Below are positions 19,777-29,393 of a stretch of 64,000 nucleotides of DNA, piece by piece; the stretch's first letter is position 1; the number at the start of each line of letters is the position of its first letter. Made by a program: the position numbers and the translations under genes. The stretch lies in NCBI GenBank assembly GCA_025823825.1, contig GCA_025823825.1_4720.1, one strand, 5' to 3'. The DNA is from a phage. Under the pieces are notes generated by a model. The model had not been told where the DNA came from, did no database searches, and was given only the letters and a program-made list of their open reading frames with translations.

Positions 19777-22581
19777 TTAAGCTAATTTACCGAAACCGGC
19801 TTTCTGCAGTTTCTCGTTGATCAGTTTTGCTTCCGCGAAAACATAATCACGATACGCAGTCACTAACGCATCCACACGTGAACGCAAGGCTTCTTCGAAG
19901 CTATACCACGCAGCGATTTCACGAATCTGTGCGTTGATATAATCAACGGTTGAGCGAAGCTCGGTTGCGTTTTCTTGCGGGATGGCTTTCACCTGGCGAG
20001 CAACGTCATTTAAACGACGGAACTGCGTTTCGATTTCTTTAAACTTACTGTCGGCAAGTTTGCTGAATTCGTCACCGGAACGTGTAAATAACAGATAGCT
20101 GTTGCCGTCAAGTGCGGTCGCTAACTGCTGAAGTACGTTGGTGTCCGGATACACAGGAGTACCGCTTTGCAATACTTTCTCACCGAATTCCGCGAAGTCC
20201 TTCGGCGGTAAGTGCGCAGACGTTGTCAACTCGTTGAAACGGAAAGTCAGCGAATTGTCATACAGCATCCGGTACGCTTCCATGCCCTGTTTCATGGTAC
20301 CAGCCAGGTTGGCCAGACGCGGAGCAATCTCACCCTCTTTAGCGCGTTTCTGGTCTTCTAACGCCCCTTCCAGTTCTTTACACTGGTCATTCAGATACAC
20401 GATACGATCGGGACGCAGACGACGCATCTCACGAAGAATAGTATCCAGCTTACCTTCCTGGAAATAACCCAACGTTAAAGACGTACACGCTTGCTGAAGA
20501 CGATCGAAGACCGGTAAGGTCACCATCTCCTTACGGATACCATCAACAATCGCAGAAACAGCCGAAAGTTTCTGTTCTGTCGTTAATGGAACATCAGAGA
20601 CCGACTTGCTGGGCGCACCAACAACGTTACGCATTGCGTCGGTATCCTCGGTTTTATCAACCTCTTTACGAACATGCTCATCAGGAACATAAACGTTCGC
20701 ATTACGTTTCGCCTGCTTGATGGCATCGTTGGCCGCTTTTTCGGTGGCTGCTACGCTATCGGCACGTTTCTTCAAGAGTTCAATAATCCAGAGCACCAGA
20801 CGACGAATCGCAGTGTAGGCTGTCGTGATGATGACACCGATAACCGCCATCTTCATGATACCGAACGATTCCATGGTCGGCTCTAACGCCTGGTCGGGCA
20901 TATACCGTTCACGCAGCTCCAGATAGATCTGCTCATCCGGTTTGCTGATCTCGCCACGATGCGAAGTCCGATAGATGGCTTCGTCAATCTCAACAAGATC
21001 TTTGCGTGCCTGACGGTCTGTTTCGGTCAAATAAGCGCAGCCGGATACGTCGTCTTCAAAACTTTCGAACTTAAAGAAATCGACAACCATCTTGGCAAGC
21101 GCCTCTTTCTTAGCAGGATCGAGTGTCTTCGCATCTTCTTTTTGCTTATCCATTTTTTCCTTGAATTTCTCTTTGTAGTCATTCAAGGGTTTTACCGCTC
21201 TTGCTTTCAACGCGTTATAGATAGCTTTCCACTCATCGTTACGTTCGAGGACAATGAAATGGTTTTTGAGTTCGAAAGCGCGATAGCGTGCAACGAGCTG
21301 TTCTACCTGAATATGAGCGAGTTGGATATCCATTAACCAACGCGACATCGCCGAGATCAAACGGCTATAAGCGAACAACGTTTGGTAGGTTAACTTCATG
21401 TATGTTTCATACAGCTCAATATCGCCGCTCTGAATATTGGCTGTTGGATTCATTTCCTTTGTTGCCTTGAAGACCTGTTCTGCTTCTCTCAGCGTCTTTT
21501 CGAACTTAACGTCATTAAACGCAGTGAATGGTTCAGCCAACTCATGCATTTTATCGTGGAGTTCGCGGATCCAAGCTTCCTTGCTGTCGCGGATGGTGTT
21601 TTCATCATGGAGCACGGTTTGATGTTTTCGTACCCATTCTTCCACGATATCAGCAGCGGAAACAATCGGAACGCGATCTGAAATGAGCGGGACGATCGTG
21701 TGAAGCGCCCCGACACATTCTGGCGTGTCCCAGTGTTTCTGGAGTTCATCACGGAAACGGTTAATGTTTTCTAAGGTGGTACCTAAATCAAGGAAAGTGC
21801 CGCCATTATGACTCATCTGTGCAACCAGATCGGCAAATACCTTTTGTTTTTCGATGACAAAAGGAACCATCCGCATAAGCCATTCAGCAGTTGCTTTAGC
21901 CTTTTCTTTCAGGTTCTTATCAGCGATTTCCTTAAGGTTAATCGCGCTACCGTATCCAGCAAGTTCGTTGTAGACGTCGTTAAGCGTCATTTGTTTATCC
22001 AACATTTCTTTGAAACGTGGATAATCTGCACCTAACGCGTCGATGACTTCTTGGATGATGTCGTCTGTGGTAGCGATAAATTTATTTGTGCCGCCGTAAT
22101 GCTTCCAGATTTTCTGCAGCGTCTTCTTAAAGAATTCGAAGACGAATGTCCAGATACGTTTGATGAGTTCCCAGACTTTCTTCGCACCATCGACAAACAG
22201 TTTAGAGACCTTGGCAACGAATCCTTCCTGCACTAACTCAACGCCGTTACGTGATGGGATTTCCGTGAAGAAAGCATCTGGCAGTTGTTTCGGGAACGCA
22301 TCACCAAGACGCATACGCAATTCGGGTACATCGGCACGAGAAATACCACGCGTCGTTAGCTGCTCGTGAAGACGAACGTTTTCTTCACCAGAGGCTACGA
22401 ATTCGTTAACGTCAAATGAAACCAGTTCTTGATCTTCGGTGGTAACGACGCTTGAACCATCGCTGGTTTGGATGTCTTCGTCAGGGAACGCCATGAGCAT
22501 ACCGTGACGCATTTCAACCACTCCGTAATCGGTTGCTAAACCGAATTCGTTGTGATCGGGGGTAATAACTGGGATACTCAT
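19777..22581 (-). CDS. large hypothetical protein (934 aa)
   Basis: ATG preceded by AAGGAGAG; ATGA overlap with stop of 22578-23018. Confidence 0.8.
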   Translation of the reverse strand: MSIPVITPDHNEFGLATDYGVVEMRHGMLMAFPDEDIQTSDGSSVVTTEDQELVSFDVNEFVASGEENVRLHEQLTTRGISRADVPELRMRLGDAFPKQLPDAFFTEIPSRNGVELVQEGFVAKVSKLFVDGAKKVWELIKRIWTFVFEFFKKTLQKIWKHYGGTNKFIATTDDIIQEVIDALGADYPRFKEMLDKQMTLNDVYNELAGYGSAINLKEIADKNLKEKAKATAEWLMRMVPFVIEKQKVFADLVAQMSHNGGTFLDLGTTLENINRFRDELQKHWDTPECVGALHTIVPLISDRVPIVSAADIVEEWVRKHQTVLHDENTIRDSKEAWIRELHDKMHELAEPFTAFNDVKFEKTLREAEQVFKATKEMNPTANIQSGDIELYETYMKLTYQTLFAYSRLISAMSRWLMDIQLAHIQVEQLVARYRAFELKNHFIVLERNDEWKAIYNALKARAVKPLNDYKEKFKEKMDKQKEDAKTLDPAKKEALAKMVVDFFKFESFEDDVSGCAYLTETDRQARKDLVEIDEAIYRTSHRGEISKPDEQIYLELRERYMPDQALEPTMESFGIMKMAVIGVIITTAYTAIRRLVLWIIELLKKRADSVAATEKAANDAIKQAKRNANVYVPDEHVRKEVDKTEDTDAMRNVVGAPSKSVSDVPLTTEQKLSAVSAIVDGIRKEMVTLPVFDRLQQACTSLTLGYFQEGKLDTILREMRRLRPDRIVYLNDQCKELEGALEDQKRAKEGEIAPRLANLAGTMKQGMEAYRMLYDNSLTFRFNELTTSAHLPPKDFAEFGEKVLQSGTPVYPDTNVLQQLATALDGNSYLLFTRSGDEFSKLADSKFKEIETQFRRLNDVARQVKAIPQENATELRSTVDYINAQIREIAAWYSFEEALRSRVDALVTAYRDYVFAEAKLINEKLQKAGFGKLA

Positions 22582-23018
22582 GCATTCTCTCCTTGCAGTG
22601 CGTTAGCGAAAGCCGTTGCAAGTTGCGCAACCAGTTTCGGATCAACGCCTTCGATAACGTCAGGCAGCCCTGCGGTTTCTTGGTCACGAACAGCGGAGGC
22701 TAATAACAGCATGGTTTCAGGTGCGGTCGGCTCATGCACCATGCGGTAACGCAGGCACCAGAAGTAGCGAGCAACGTCTAACGCATCAGCCAGCCCGATA
22801 ACCAGTACCTTGTTCAGCTTATCCAGCCCTTCACGGATTTTAGGGAGATGTTCGCGAACGAAAATGCTATCTGCGGTCAGATCTTCTTTTTCAGCGAATA
22901 CCGGCATGCTGTAACCGGCGATGTAACCAGCGGCAATACTTAACGCGCGGGTCTGTTGTTCGGCTGGGAAGTCACGTACCAGGTCTTTCAGCTGAACGGC
23001 GAAATCAGAAATATTCAT
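22578..23018 (-). CDS. hypothetical protein (146 aa from internal ATG)
   Basis: Internal ATG (MNISDFAV) has AAAGGAA 8 nt upstream and avoids overlap with 23050-24360. Confidence 0.6.
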   Translation of the reverse strand: MNISDFAVQLKDLVRDFPAEQQTRALSIAAGYIAGYSMPVFAEKEDLTADSIFVREHLPKIREGLDKLNKVLVIGLADALDVARYFWCLRYRMVHEPTAPETMLLLASAVRDQETAGLPDVIEGVDPKLVAQLATAFANALQGENA

Positions 23019-23049
23019 GTTAAATTCCTTTATAGTAAAATAGAAGAGA

Positions 23050-24360
23050 TTAAGCGATAATGGAATCAAGAGTCGCTGCGGTTTTGAACAGATCGCTGTT
23101 CATTGTAGAAGAAAGGACTTGCTGAATTTCTTCCTGTTTAACGGCTTTACGAACTCCAGGACGAAGGATAAGCGTAACAATCTGCATAAATGTACGGTTG
23201 TTGTTCATCGCGCTTAACGTTTCATCAATTGTTTTGATGGTATCTAACGTAGTGGAGCGTATGTCGCTAGGGAGGTCACGATCTTTCAGACGTATAATCA
23301 AATCTTGTTTGATTTTTCTGAATCGTTCCATATCGTTGTCATAGATGCTGTATGTCGGATCTAACCAAACTGCAAGCGCCATAGCAGCAACAAATATTGC
23401 CATACCAAGAATATTAACCGAGGTGAAGCTGATCGCTATCAAAATTGTCACGGCTGCATCTTTAATGAAGGAGAGCCAGAACATCGTTTTTGACTTCATG
23501 GAGTTGGTGCCATAAAGTCGAAACATTTTAGCAAGCCCGCTAACGAGATACTCCCCACTGCCGTGACGCGTAGCGAACTGATCGGCCATGAATTCGGAAG
23601 CAACGTCGGTATATCGTCCAGCGTTGTTTACATTTCTTAACTGCATCGCTTTGTTAGACACGTAAACCGTGTACCAGACACTACCGTCGTCTGAATCACT
23701 GATTTTGTCTACGTCGACGTTGGTATCCAACGTTTTGTTTAACGCTTTCGCCAGTTCGATACGTTTTACCTTATCGGTTGTTCCCAACAGTTCGCGCTGC
23801 ACGGTCATGATTGAGGCTTCGACACGAACCGTTTCCGACAATGTTTCAAGGAAGGTAAATGCGTGCCCGATTTCATGCAGCATTATGGCTGCTTTTTCTT
23901 CCGGAAGAAAGGGTTCTGTTGCTGTTAGCAATTCATACGTGATGGCAGAACGAATCTTCAATTCTTCAAAGATACCGTAAACACGACCTTTTTCTAAATC
24001 GACGTAACCGACAGGTGTATCTTTAATCTTCTTAAGGAGCGTAACACCATCAGCACCACGCATCCATAACCGGTGATAGTCTGCCAGGATTGTGTTGTTT
24101 GTCGAAATATCCGGCGGGTATACGTAGGCATTCATCTGACCCATTTTCACGTCGACCGAGAATTCGATGTTCAACCCCGTATAGCGTTTGACCATCTTGG
24201 TTAAATGACCGTCCTTGAAAACGTTTAAAACATCTTTTTTATCCAGTCCCTGTTTGCTTCTGAAGAACTCGGTCATTTCCTTGAACAAGGAACCATCCTG
24301 AAACTTGATGGCCTCCATCGTTAATTCGTCATGACCATACACGCGTTGTAGTAATGACAT
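23050..24360 (-). CDS. putative zinc metallopeptidase-like protein with HExxH motif and C-terminal transmembrane hairpin (436 aa)
   Basis: HEIGH zincin signature (MLHEIGHAF); about 40-residue hydrophobic stretch FWLSFIKDAAVTILIAISFTSVNILGMAIFVAAMALAVWL. Confidence 0.7.
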   Translation of the reverse strand: MSLLQRVYGHDELTMEAIKFQDGSLFKEMTEFFRSKQGLDKKDVLNVFKDGHLTKMVKRYTGLNIEFSVDVKMGQMNAYVYPPDISTNNTILADYHRLWMRGADGVTLLKKIKDTPVGYVDLEKGRVYGIFEELKIRSAITYELLTATEPFLPEEKAAIMLHEIGHAFTFLETLSETVRVEASIMTVQRELLGTTDKVKRIELAKALNKTLDTNVDVDKISDSDDGSVWYTVYVSNKAMQLRNVNNAGRYTDVASEFMADQFATRHGSGEYLVSGLAKMFRLYGTNSMKSKTMFWLSFIKDAAVTILIAISFTSVNILGMAIFVAAMALAVWLDPTYSIYDNDMERFRKIKQDLIIRLKDRDLPSDIRSTTLDTIKTIDETLSAMNNNRTFMQIVTLILRPGVRKAVKQEEIQQVLSSTMNSDLFKTAATLDSIIA

Positions 24361-24372
24361 TGTACACTCTCT

Positions 24373-24390
24373 AAATTTACGTAAATTTAA
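24373..24390. promoter_or_regulatory. perfect 18-bp AT-rich palindrome TAAATTTACGTAAATTTA in divergent intergenic region
   Basis: Self-complementary 18-mer about 13 nt upstream of the 23050-24360 start, inside the 220-nt gap separating it from the PolB-fragment gene. Confidence 0.4.
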
Positions 24391-24581
24391 GGGCTAATGG
24401 ATCGGCTGGCCGCACCAATCACAATGTGTTCGTTGCTATGCAACGGCATTCATAGAAATACCTTTTGACGGTAACATCACCCATCACACCCCAAGCAATA
24501 AGAGTGGTCGGTTAAAAACAACAGAACGTGAGGATGATATAGAAATTCACCTTTTAACACCTATTACGAGTTTAGCAAGCC

Positions 24582-26333
24582 ATGAGCGAACAAGAACGAA
24601 AACCTAAGAAGAAACTGCTCGGTATTCAATGTCGACACATCAGTTATAACGAAGCGAACGATGGCAGCAAGAACGACCTCATGATCGCAAAAGAGATCAT
24701 GTTCTTTGATGACAATACGCAAGCGACGAACCTTCGCTTCTTTGAGAATTACAAACGTCCGTTTTGGGTGACGGTAGAGAGTAAACGTAAGAACAAATAT
24801 AAAAAGGAAAGCGAGAAGCTCTCGCATGTGCGTCGCTACGATGTCCGCCAAAGCGAACTGGTTGAAAAGATCAGCTCGGTACTTTATAAAAGACGTGCTG
24901 ACGATAACACCCGTTTACAGCAGCTTGCACGGAGTCCATACCTCTATGGAACGGACGTTAGCGCCAGCTGTTATTTAAAAACCCAGTACAACACAAAATG
25001 GCCGGAATACGTCGATAAATTACCCGCTTCCATTGCCTGTTTCGATATCGAAACCGACGTTGTCCACGGACACGGTAAGATCGTTTGTATGTCTATTACA
25101 ATGGGATACAATGCGATACTTTGCTATACCAAGGACTTCGTTGGTCATATTCCGAATGCCATTGAGAAAACCCATGAGAAGATTCGATATTACCTGGCCG
25201 AACGTCTGAATACCAAAGAAGATCCCCACGCATTCGAAAAATATCAGTACGATGTTCGAATCGTAGAAAGCCCGGCACAAGCGGTCATCCAATGCATGCA
25301 GAAGGTTCACGAATGGCAGCCGGATTATCTCCTTGGCTGGAATATCGCGTTCGATATTCCGCGTATGCTCCAGGCACTGAACGAGGAAGGGTATCGTCCC
25401 GAGGATGTTTTCTCCGATCCTCGCGTACCACCTAAGTATCGTATTGCTCGCTGGGTGCCACCGAAGACCGACAAGGTATCTGCTTCAGGTCGTAAAACCA
25501 ACCTTACCCTCGAGCAAACCTGGCCGATGTTTTATACGATGGCTACGTATCAGGTTATGGATGCGATGTGTGGTTATAAGTTCGTTCGTTTAGGAAGACC
25601 GGATGAAGGACGCTATTCACTCGATGCGGTATTAGAGCGAAATAAATGCCATACGAAATTAAAAGCAATTCCTGGTACAGAAGGGTTCACGGAGCTCGCC
25701 TGGCACGAAGAGATGCAAACGAACCATCAAATCGACTACGGCGTATATAACCTTTGGGATAACCAGGGTATTGAGGCGTTGGACCAGAAAACAAAAGACT
25801 ATTCGATGACCATCCCTATCCGTTTAGCGGCGTCGGATTTGAAAGATTTCAGTTCTAACCCTAAACGTATCTGCGATAAACTTTTCTTCGTTTATCTTAA
25901 CCGTGGGGAAGTCATGGGATGTACCGCTGACGACATGACCCAGGAAGAAGATAAGTGGGTTATCTCACGAGCTGGACATATCGTCACATTACCATGCGAT
26001 CTCATGGCTGACAACGGCATTCATCTCTTCTGGGATATGCCGAACCTGAGAAGTTATATCCGTCTATTCGTTGCAGACCTTGACATTAGCAGTTCATACC
26101 CAAATGGGCAGATCCTGTTGAATCTATCCAGAGCATGTGTTTTTCGTGAGCTCTCGCGCATTGAGGGCGTCTCTGACTATCAATTCAGGAAGTTAGGTAT
26201 CAACTTTATTACCGGAGGTAAAACGAACGCTGTAGACTTCTGTAGAATCGTTTATAAAGCACCGTCGATGTTTGAACTTTTAGAACATTTCGATGCGACG
26301 CGTCCAAAAGAGGAAGCGCGGACCATCGAATGA
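24582..26333 (+). CDS. family B DNA polymerase N-terminal part: 3'-5' exonuclease domain plus palm motif A; motifs B and C absent (583 aa)
   Basis: Exo I FDIETD, Exo II WNIAFD, Exo III-like YNLWD, motif A-like DLDISSSYP; ORF stops about 75 aa after motif A with no KxxxNSxYG or YGDTDS. Confidence 0.65.
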   Translation: MSEQERKPKKKLLGIQCRHISYNEANDGSKNDLMIAKEIMFFDDNTQATNLRFFENYKRPFWVTVESKRKNKYKKESEKLSHVRRYDVRQSELVEKISSVLYKRRADDNTRLQQLARSPYLYGTDVSASCYLKTQYNTKWPEYVDKLPASIACFDIETDVVHGHGKIVCMSITMGYNAILCYTKDFVGHIPNAIEKTHEKIRYYLAERLNTKEDPHAFEKYQYDVRIVESPAQAVIQCMQKVHEWQPDYLLGWNIAFDIPRMLQALNEEGYRPEDVFSDPRVPPKYRIARWVPPKTDKVSASGRKTNLTLEQTWPMFYTMATYQVMDAMCGYKFVRLGRPDEGRYSLDAVLERNKCHTKLKAIPGTEGFTELAWHEEMQTNHQIDYGVYNLWDNQGIEALDQKTKDYSMTIPIRLAASDLKDFSSNPKRICDKLFFVYLNRGEVMGCTADDMTQEEDKWVISRAGHIVTLPCDLMADNGIHLFWDMPNLRSYIRLFVADLDISSSYPNGQILLNLSRACVFRELSRIEGVSDYQFRKLGINFITGGKTNAVDFCRIVYKAPSMFELLEHFDATRPKEEARTIE

Positions 26334-26359
26334 ATCAAGTATGTTGATCCTCGTTTAAC

Positions 26360-26430
26360 AAAAAAAGAAAACGCATGCGAAGCCCCTCCCCCTGGCGGAA
26401 GCCGGAGGGAGGGGTGGAGGTTTTATGCGT
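26360..26430. terminator. putative bidirectional intrinsic terminator between convergent PolB-fragment gene and 26433-26879
   Basis: Hairpin CCCCTCCC-N16-GGGAGGGG flanked by T-rich tracts on both strands (TTTTATGCGTTTTTAATTATT on plus; GCGTTTTCTTTTTTTG on minus). Confidence 0.6.
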
Positions 26431-26432
26431 TT

Positions 26433-26879
26433 TTAATTATTGCTGCTGGGGTTATCGCCCGGATTATATTCGATGCTGTAGGCGACGTCGCGGTCTGTCG
26501 TATGAACGACAAGCGTGACGGGGAAATCATAATGCGCGGTTTTGTCTCGAACGAACGGGGTAAAGAGATCCGTATAACGTATTAAGTCTTCCCTGGTGTA
26601 ATCGGAAGGGAAGAAGGCATCGATGGTTATTGAATCTTCATAGAGGCGTATGATCAGCTTATCCAGAAGGTTGCTATATTGGTTAGCTGGGGTGACGTTC
26701 AGGTGACAGAAGTCACCGTCTTCTGCTTCTCGCAATACCCATACCGTGGTATCCTGTAACGTATTTTCAAGGATCTCGAAAATGCAGTTTGCTGTAAGTC
26801 TTAGTTTATTTGTTACTTCATGGTTAGGGGAATAATGCTCACGAATGTTTTTCACTGCGTCTTTGATAGAGAAAGTCAT
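26433..26879 (-). CDS. small hypothetical protein, paralog family A (149 aa from internal ATG)
   Basis: Internal ATG (MTFSIKD) with AAAGGAG 9 nt upstream; C-terminal motif HYDFPVTLVVH...EYNPGD shared with 28869, 29394, 28099 and 31238 genes. Confidence 0.6.
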   Translation of the reverse strand: MTFSIKDAVKNIREHYSPNHEVTNKLRLTANCIFEILENTLQDTTVWVLREAEDGDFCHLNVTPANQYSNLLDKLIIRLYEDSITIDAFFPSDYTREDLIRYTDLFTPFVRDKTAHYDFPVTLVVHTTDRDVAYSIEYNPGDNPSSNN

Positions 26880-26892
26880 TGCTGCTGCTCCT

Positions 26893-27186
26893 TTAAAAGA
26901 TATCAAGCCATGAGGATGGAGGAACCAGTTCGCTGGTAAAGTAATCGCCACTGATACCACTATCATCAAAGTGACGTTCGTTGTAACACTGGACGAGCTT
27001 ACCTCCACGTTCTTTCTGATACCATCCAAGGATACTATTAAGACCTCTGTCCACGCATTCGAATGCTTGAGTAATAACATCCTCAACGACGGAGGCTGCC
27101 GTGGGACCATTGAATAGACGATCTAAGCGCTTTTTCATCGATTTGGTTTTCTCGTTCATGATTTCTTTTCCTGTTATAATCGGCAT
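26893..27186 (-). CDS. small hypothetical protein (97 aa)
   Basis: ATG start; RBS candidates inside adjacent hairpin arm (GGAAGGG) or internal AGGAAAAG before a second ATG. Confidence 0.55.
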   Translation of the reverse strand: MPIITGKEIMNEKTKSMKKRLDRLFNGPTAASVVEDVITQAFECVDRGLNSILGWYQKERGGKLVQCYNERHFDDSGISGDYFTSELVPPSSWLDIF

Positions 27187-27190
27187 ACAA

Positions 27191-27222
27191 CCCTTCCCCG
27201 GCCTTGACGGCTAGGGAAGGGG
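27191..27222. repeat. GC-rich extragenic hairpin element, degenerate copy (CCCTTCCCC...GGGAAGGGG)
   Basis: Imperfect stem, flanked by GGCATACAA...CTATGC. Confidence 0.45.
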
Positions 27223-27235
27223 CTATGCTACGTTG

Positions 27236-27634
27236 TTATGCTTCGCAATCAGCTGAAGGCGTCGCGCCTTTCTTACCAGCGATACGCCAAATCCGACACG
27301 CTGGGTAATGGTTAACCTCTAGAGAGCAAGGAATGTTATATTTCTCTTCCAGCGCATAAAGACATTTCGTTAGCTGCTCCAGCGCGTTCTCGTCGTGTCG
27401 TAACGCGTGGTGACCTAATCGATGTTGGTCGTTCTTTATATACGCCTCGAAGAGAACATGTTGGCGATGTACGCTGACGTTTACAGCCTCGAGTATAGCT
27501 TGGTCGAGCATACGACTAAAGCACATCAACGAGTCAGATACGTTTTCTCGCTTAACCAGATCGATCATGGCGGGAATATACGAATGGTCGATGTTATCGA
27601 TGACCGCTTTAGCGACGGAATCAGCAACGTTCAT
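27236..27634 (-). CDS. small hypothetical protein, paralog family B (132 aa from internal ATG; track start is GTG)
   Basis: N-terminus MNVADSVAKAVIDNIDH aligns with MSIVESIVKAVNDNIDH of 27671-28066; shared C-terminal EEKYNIP(C/F)SLEVN. Confidence 0.65.
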   Translation of the reverse strand: MNVADSVAKAVIDNIDHSYIPAMIDLVKRENVSDSLMCFSRMLDQAILEAVNVSVHRQHVLFEAYIKNDQHRLGHHALRHDENALEQLTKCLYALEEKYNIPCSLEVNHYPACRIWRIAGKKGATPSADCEA

Positions 27635-27670
27635 CTTTTTAATCCCTAGTTTGTTATTGATCACGTATAT

Positions 27671-28066
27671 TTACTCTTTGACGTCAGTTGTCGTTTCGAC
27701 ATGCTTCTCACTACTGACGTACCAGAGCAGGTACGTTGGGAAAAGATTGACCTCTAAGCTAAATGGGATATTGTATTTCTCTTCCATTTTGCAGAGATGT
27801 TCTTTAAGTAAATTTCTCGCGTCTCTGTCACCACGAACAGAGTGCCAGTCTAGTTCTTTGTTCTCCTTTACCAGGATCTCTACGATGATACGTTGCTCGT
27901 GAACCTCGGTTTTCACAGCGGCAAGTAAATCGCTGCTATCAAAACGGGTAAAACGAATGTATGAACCAGGTGTTTTTTCTTGTTTAATAATATCGATCAT
28001 GGTAGAAATGCGCGGATGATCGATGTTGTCGTTAACAGCTTTAACGATGGATTCTACAATGCTCAT
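27671..28066 (-). CDS. small hypothetical protein, paralog family B (131 aa)
   Basis: ATG with AAGGA RBS; tandem duplicate of 27236-27634. Confidence 0.7.
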   Translation of the reverse strand: MSIVESIVKAVNDNIDHPRISTMIDIIKQEKTPGSYIRFTRFDSSDLLAAVKTEVHEQRIIVEILVKENKELDWHSVRGDRDARNLLKEHLCKMEEKYNIPFSLEVNLFPTYLLWYVSSEKHVETTTDVKE

Positions 28067-28098
28067 TTTTTATCCTTAATGTTATCGATTTGGAAATA

Positions 28099-28866
28099 TT
28101 ACTTATTTTTGCTTTCTTTATAGACAGTTGTTACCCACGATGGGAAAGCCGGATGGAAACAGAGCGTGAACGTAACTGTCGTATCGTATTTAAACGCACA
28201 GTTCACTAACCGGGTATCTAACGTTTTCCTTAATCCGTCATCATCGTTATCGATGATGGTCATATCTCTTAATATCCCAAGCACGTTAACGCCATCGGGT
28301 GTCTGGGTTACGACAAGTCGTCGTAATGGCCCGCATGTATAGTCACGTACAAATCCTTTCTTCGGGTCCGATACCCTGTTTAACGCATCGTGATTTTTGA
28401 TGAATTCATCGGCGATACAATAGGTTTGTTCCCTTGCTTTATCGGGATCGTATTCTGCTAATAGTTCCTTCGTGTCGAACGTTATCATGTTATTATCATT
28501 CGATTCAGAAGGGAAACATAAAACTAAACGAACAGGGTATTCGTATTGATCTGTTCTTGTTTCGAAAGCATTAGCTAGACACGGCTTGTATGCCTTTGCG
28601 TCGACATTGTCCAAACATGGATGCAATAATGCATGAATAACGGCACCATCGTCAGTTAAACCGAATTCCAGAAATTGTACCCTATCAGTATCCGCTACGG
28701 TTTTCTGAAGGTACGCTTTACCGTTAACAATATCGGTATCCCACATATCGTCGTTTAACGATTCTTCAAACTTATCGAATATATGGTTTACGAGATTGAC
28801 GAGTTCATCAATACGGCACTGTTGGTTGAATTCGATTAATCGTTGAACTTTATCTTTGATAGACAT
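28099..28866 (-). CDS. hypothetical protein, family A-related with internally duplicated motif (255 aa)
   Basis: Contains two copies of the family A strand motif (QYEYPVRLVLCF and KYDTTVTFTLCF). Confidence 0.7.
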   Translation of the reverse strand: MSIKDKVQRLIEFNQQCRIDELVNLVNHIFDKFEESLNDDMWDTDIVNGKAYLQKTVADTDRVQFLEFGLTDDGAVIHALLHPCLDNVDAKAYKPCLANAFETRTDQYEYPVRLVLCFPSESNDNNMITFDTKELLAEYDPDKAREQTYCIADEFIKNHDALNRVSDPKKGFVRDYTCGPLRRLVVTQTPDGVNVLGILRDMTIIDNDDDGLRKTLDTRLVNCAFKYDTTVTFTLCFHPAFPSWVTTVYKESKNK

Positions 28867-28868
28867 GA

Positions 28869-29327
28869 TTACCCATTAGCTCCTTCTTCGTCTGGAGAGT
28901 ATTCCATCGTGTAGAATTCATAACCATCGGAAAACTTGAGTGTTAATGTAATAGGGAAATCGCACGGCATAGCTGATTTCGTAAATGCGTTATTAGCAAC
29001 ATCGGCCAACCGACGTATAGCATCAGTCCCGCTGACGCTGAACGGTAGTTGTATGTTGATAAGGATGCGGTGCTTGTAAACATGGAAAACAACGGTACTG
29101 TCAAGATAAACGCTATGGAACGGTATTGTTGGGATGCGTTCCACGATGGTAAAATACGTCCCGTCATTATCGCTATGTCCCACCGACCAAATATCGGATT
29201 TGCGTAGATTTTGTTTGAGAGATTCGATGCTTCGAGTGACGGTCTCATCAACAGGCGTGACGTAAGTGTCTTTATGCGAGTCGAAAAGTTCGTTGACGTT
29301 AGATTCGAATGAATACATTGTTGCCAT
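28869..29327 (-). CDS. small hypothetical protein, paralog family A (152 aa)
   Basis: ATG with GAGGTAG RBS; C-terminal PCDFPITLTLKFSDGYEFYTMEYSPDEEG. Confidence 0.7.
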   Translation of the reverse strand: MATMYSFESNVNELFDSHKDTYVTPVDETVTRSIESLKQNLRKSDIWSVGHSDNDGTYFTIVERIPTIPFHSVYLDSTVVFHVYKHRILINIQLPFSVSGTDAIRRLADVANNAFTKSAMPCDFPITLTLKFSDGYEFYTMEYSPDEEGANG

Positions 29328-29393
29328 TATTCTACCTCAATGGTTTAACCGATACGTGCCCCACCTAACAAGGGACACGTTATCGTTGATTAA

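Noticed and set aside
24361-24581. Possible tRNA or small RNA in the largest intergenic gaps (24361-24581, 31640-31852, 49878-50138)
   Set aside because: No cloverleaf-compatible sequence or T-loop consensus (GTTCRANYC) was seen by eye; the gaps are better explained by divergent control regions, hairpin repeats and a terminator. A tRNAscan-type search would be needed to exclude them formally.
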